Origin: Verrucomicrobiota bacterium
GTDB taxonomy: Bacteria > Verrucomicrobiota > Verrucomicrobiia > Limisphaerales > CANJXF01
Assembly: GCA_043775015.1 (NCBI GenBank)
Contig: JAYVSV010000047.1
Span: 67,876 to 131,875 of the forward strand
Length of the DNA: 64,000 bases
Direction of reading: 5' to 3'
Position numbers and translations under genes: made by a program. A model generated the notes under the pieces. It made no database searches, was not told where the DNA came from, and saw only the letters and a list, made by a program, of their open reading frames with translations. Positions 63,381 through 64,000 of the stretch are shown here, piece after piece. The first letter of the stretch is position 1. Each line of letters opens with the position of its first letter.

Positions 63381-63819
63381 AAATGATTGACCGGCATTCA
63401 CGATTGGCCTGAACCAAAACCAATGGGGCTGCTTTTGGAAAGCAACGATTCCATTGTGCGGAAAAGCGGTATTCCAAAACGTGCCGTCAGGAAGCATTTT
63501 GCGCAGATTCGAGTTTCCGGCAAGTTGATTCGTCGCAGGCGGAAGACCAAAGTTCTGACTGCCGCCTAACTCCGCCTTTGCGTCTGGGAGAAAGAAGTGC
63601 GAAAAAATGACGAGAATAAAATCATCGCACGCAGGTTGAAATTTTCCTTATTCATAGGCGCGATGCGTCGTTATCAAGAACTGATGATCCCTTGATTGAT
63701 CAAGGTCGAGTGGCGGCGCACAAACTCATCACCAAGAAAGCTGGCGGAAGAAGAATTTTCCCTGAACCGTGTAGCGACAAAGCAAATTCGTTTCATTTGC
63801 TTCGAACGATATGACTCTG

Positions 63820-63942
63820 GGGGCGCATCTTGACACCACCACCGTTTGGATTTCCGCCTTCAGGCGGTTGGGGTGCGCCGGAACCGCCTGAAGGCGGAAC
63901 TCCAAACAGAAATGCGCCTCGCCTGTTTGGTGGTGGTGTCAA
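63820..63942. repeat. Composite palindromic element (24-bp outer arms plus an inner palindrome)
   Basis: The outer arms are ggggcgcatcttgacaccaccacc and ggtggtggtgtcaagatgcgcccc. The inner arms are gtttggatttccgccttcaggcggtt and aaccgcctgaaggcggaactccaaac. Confidence 0.85.
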
Positions 63943-64000
63943 GATGCGCCCCGCCTCTAACTGGATTAAGCATTTGACACACGCGAAGCCACCCGCTCTG

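Overview
This 64-kb window looks like chromosomal DNA from a PVC-type bacterium, most likely Verrucomicrobiota-like. That placement is an inference from three things: two prepilin-like proteins with an N-terminal FT(L/F)IELLVV methylation motif, a fused ccoNO gene, and several families of GC-rich palindromic repeats. I call about 48 protein genes and one tRNA-Arg(TCT). I found no rRNA, CRISPR array, integrase or transposase.

Core content:
- A complete cbb3 oxidase cluster on the minus strand (ccoI-ccoS-ccoNO-ccoQ-ccoP-ccoG-ccoH plus a TauE-like membrane protein, 5184-13664).
- A MacAB-like adaptor/ATPase/permease operon.
- A divergent TonB and TonB-dependent receptor pair.
- Housekeeping genes: tatD, yggU (DUF167), larE, a peroxiredoxin, an M20 amidohydrolase, a HAD hydrolase, a rhomboid protease and a peptidoglycan amidase.

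Accessory or unusual content:
1. One uninterrupted 16.4-kb ORF (43061-59416) built from ten diverged tandem modules of about 1.5 kb, each with a beta-helix and, in all but the first, an Ig-like domain.
2. Four large secreted proteins that share a C-terminal domain of about 70 aa ending in (F/Y)YR(L/V/I).
3. An MmeI-family restriction-modification gene.
4. Palindromic repeat elements that sit in frame inside conserved genes (the MmeI-like gene, tatD and possibly larE).
5. Three accessory insertions, each bracketed by a diverged duplicate of the 3' end of the upstream host gene: a hicBA cassette after tatD, a MITE-like element after yggU, and a 4.2-kb two-gene cassette after the rhomboid gene. 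A pair of 74-bp direct repeats also flanks the giant gene.

All calls come from reading the sequence and the ORF translations by eye. No database search was run.
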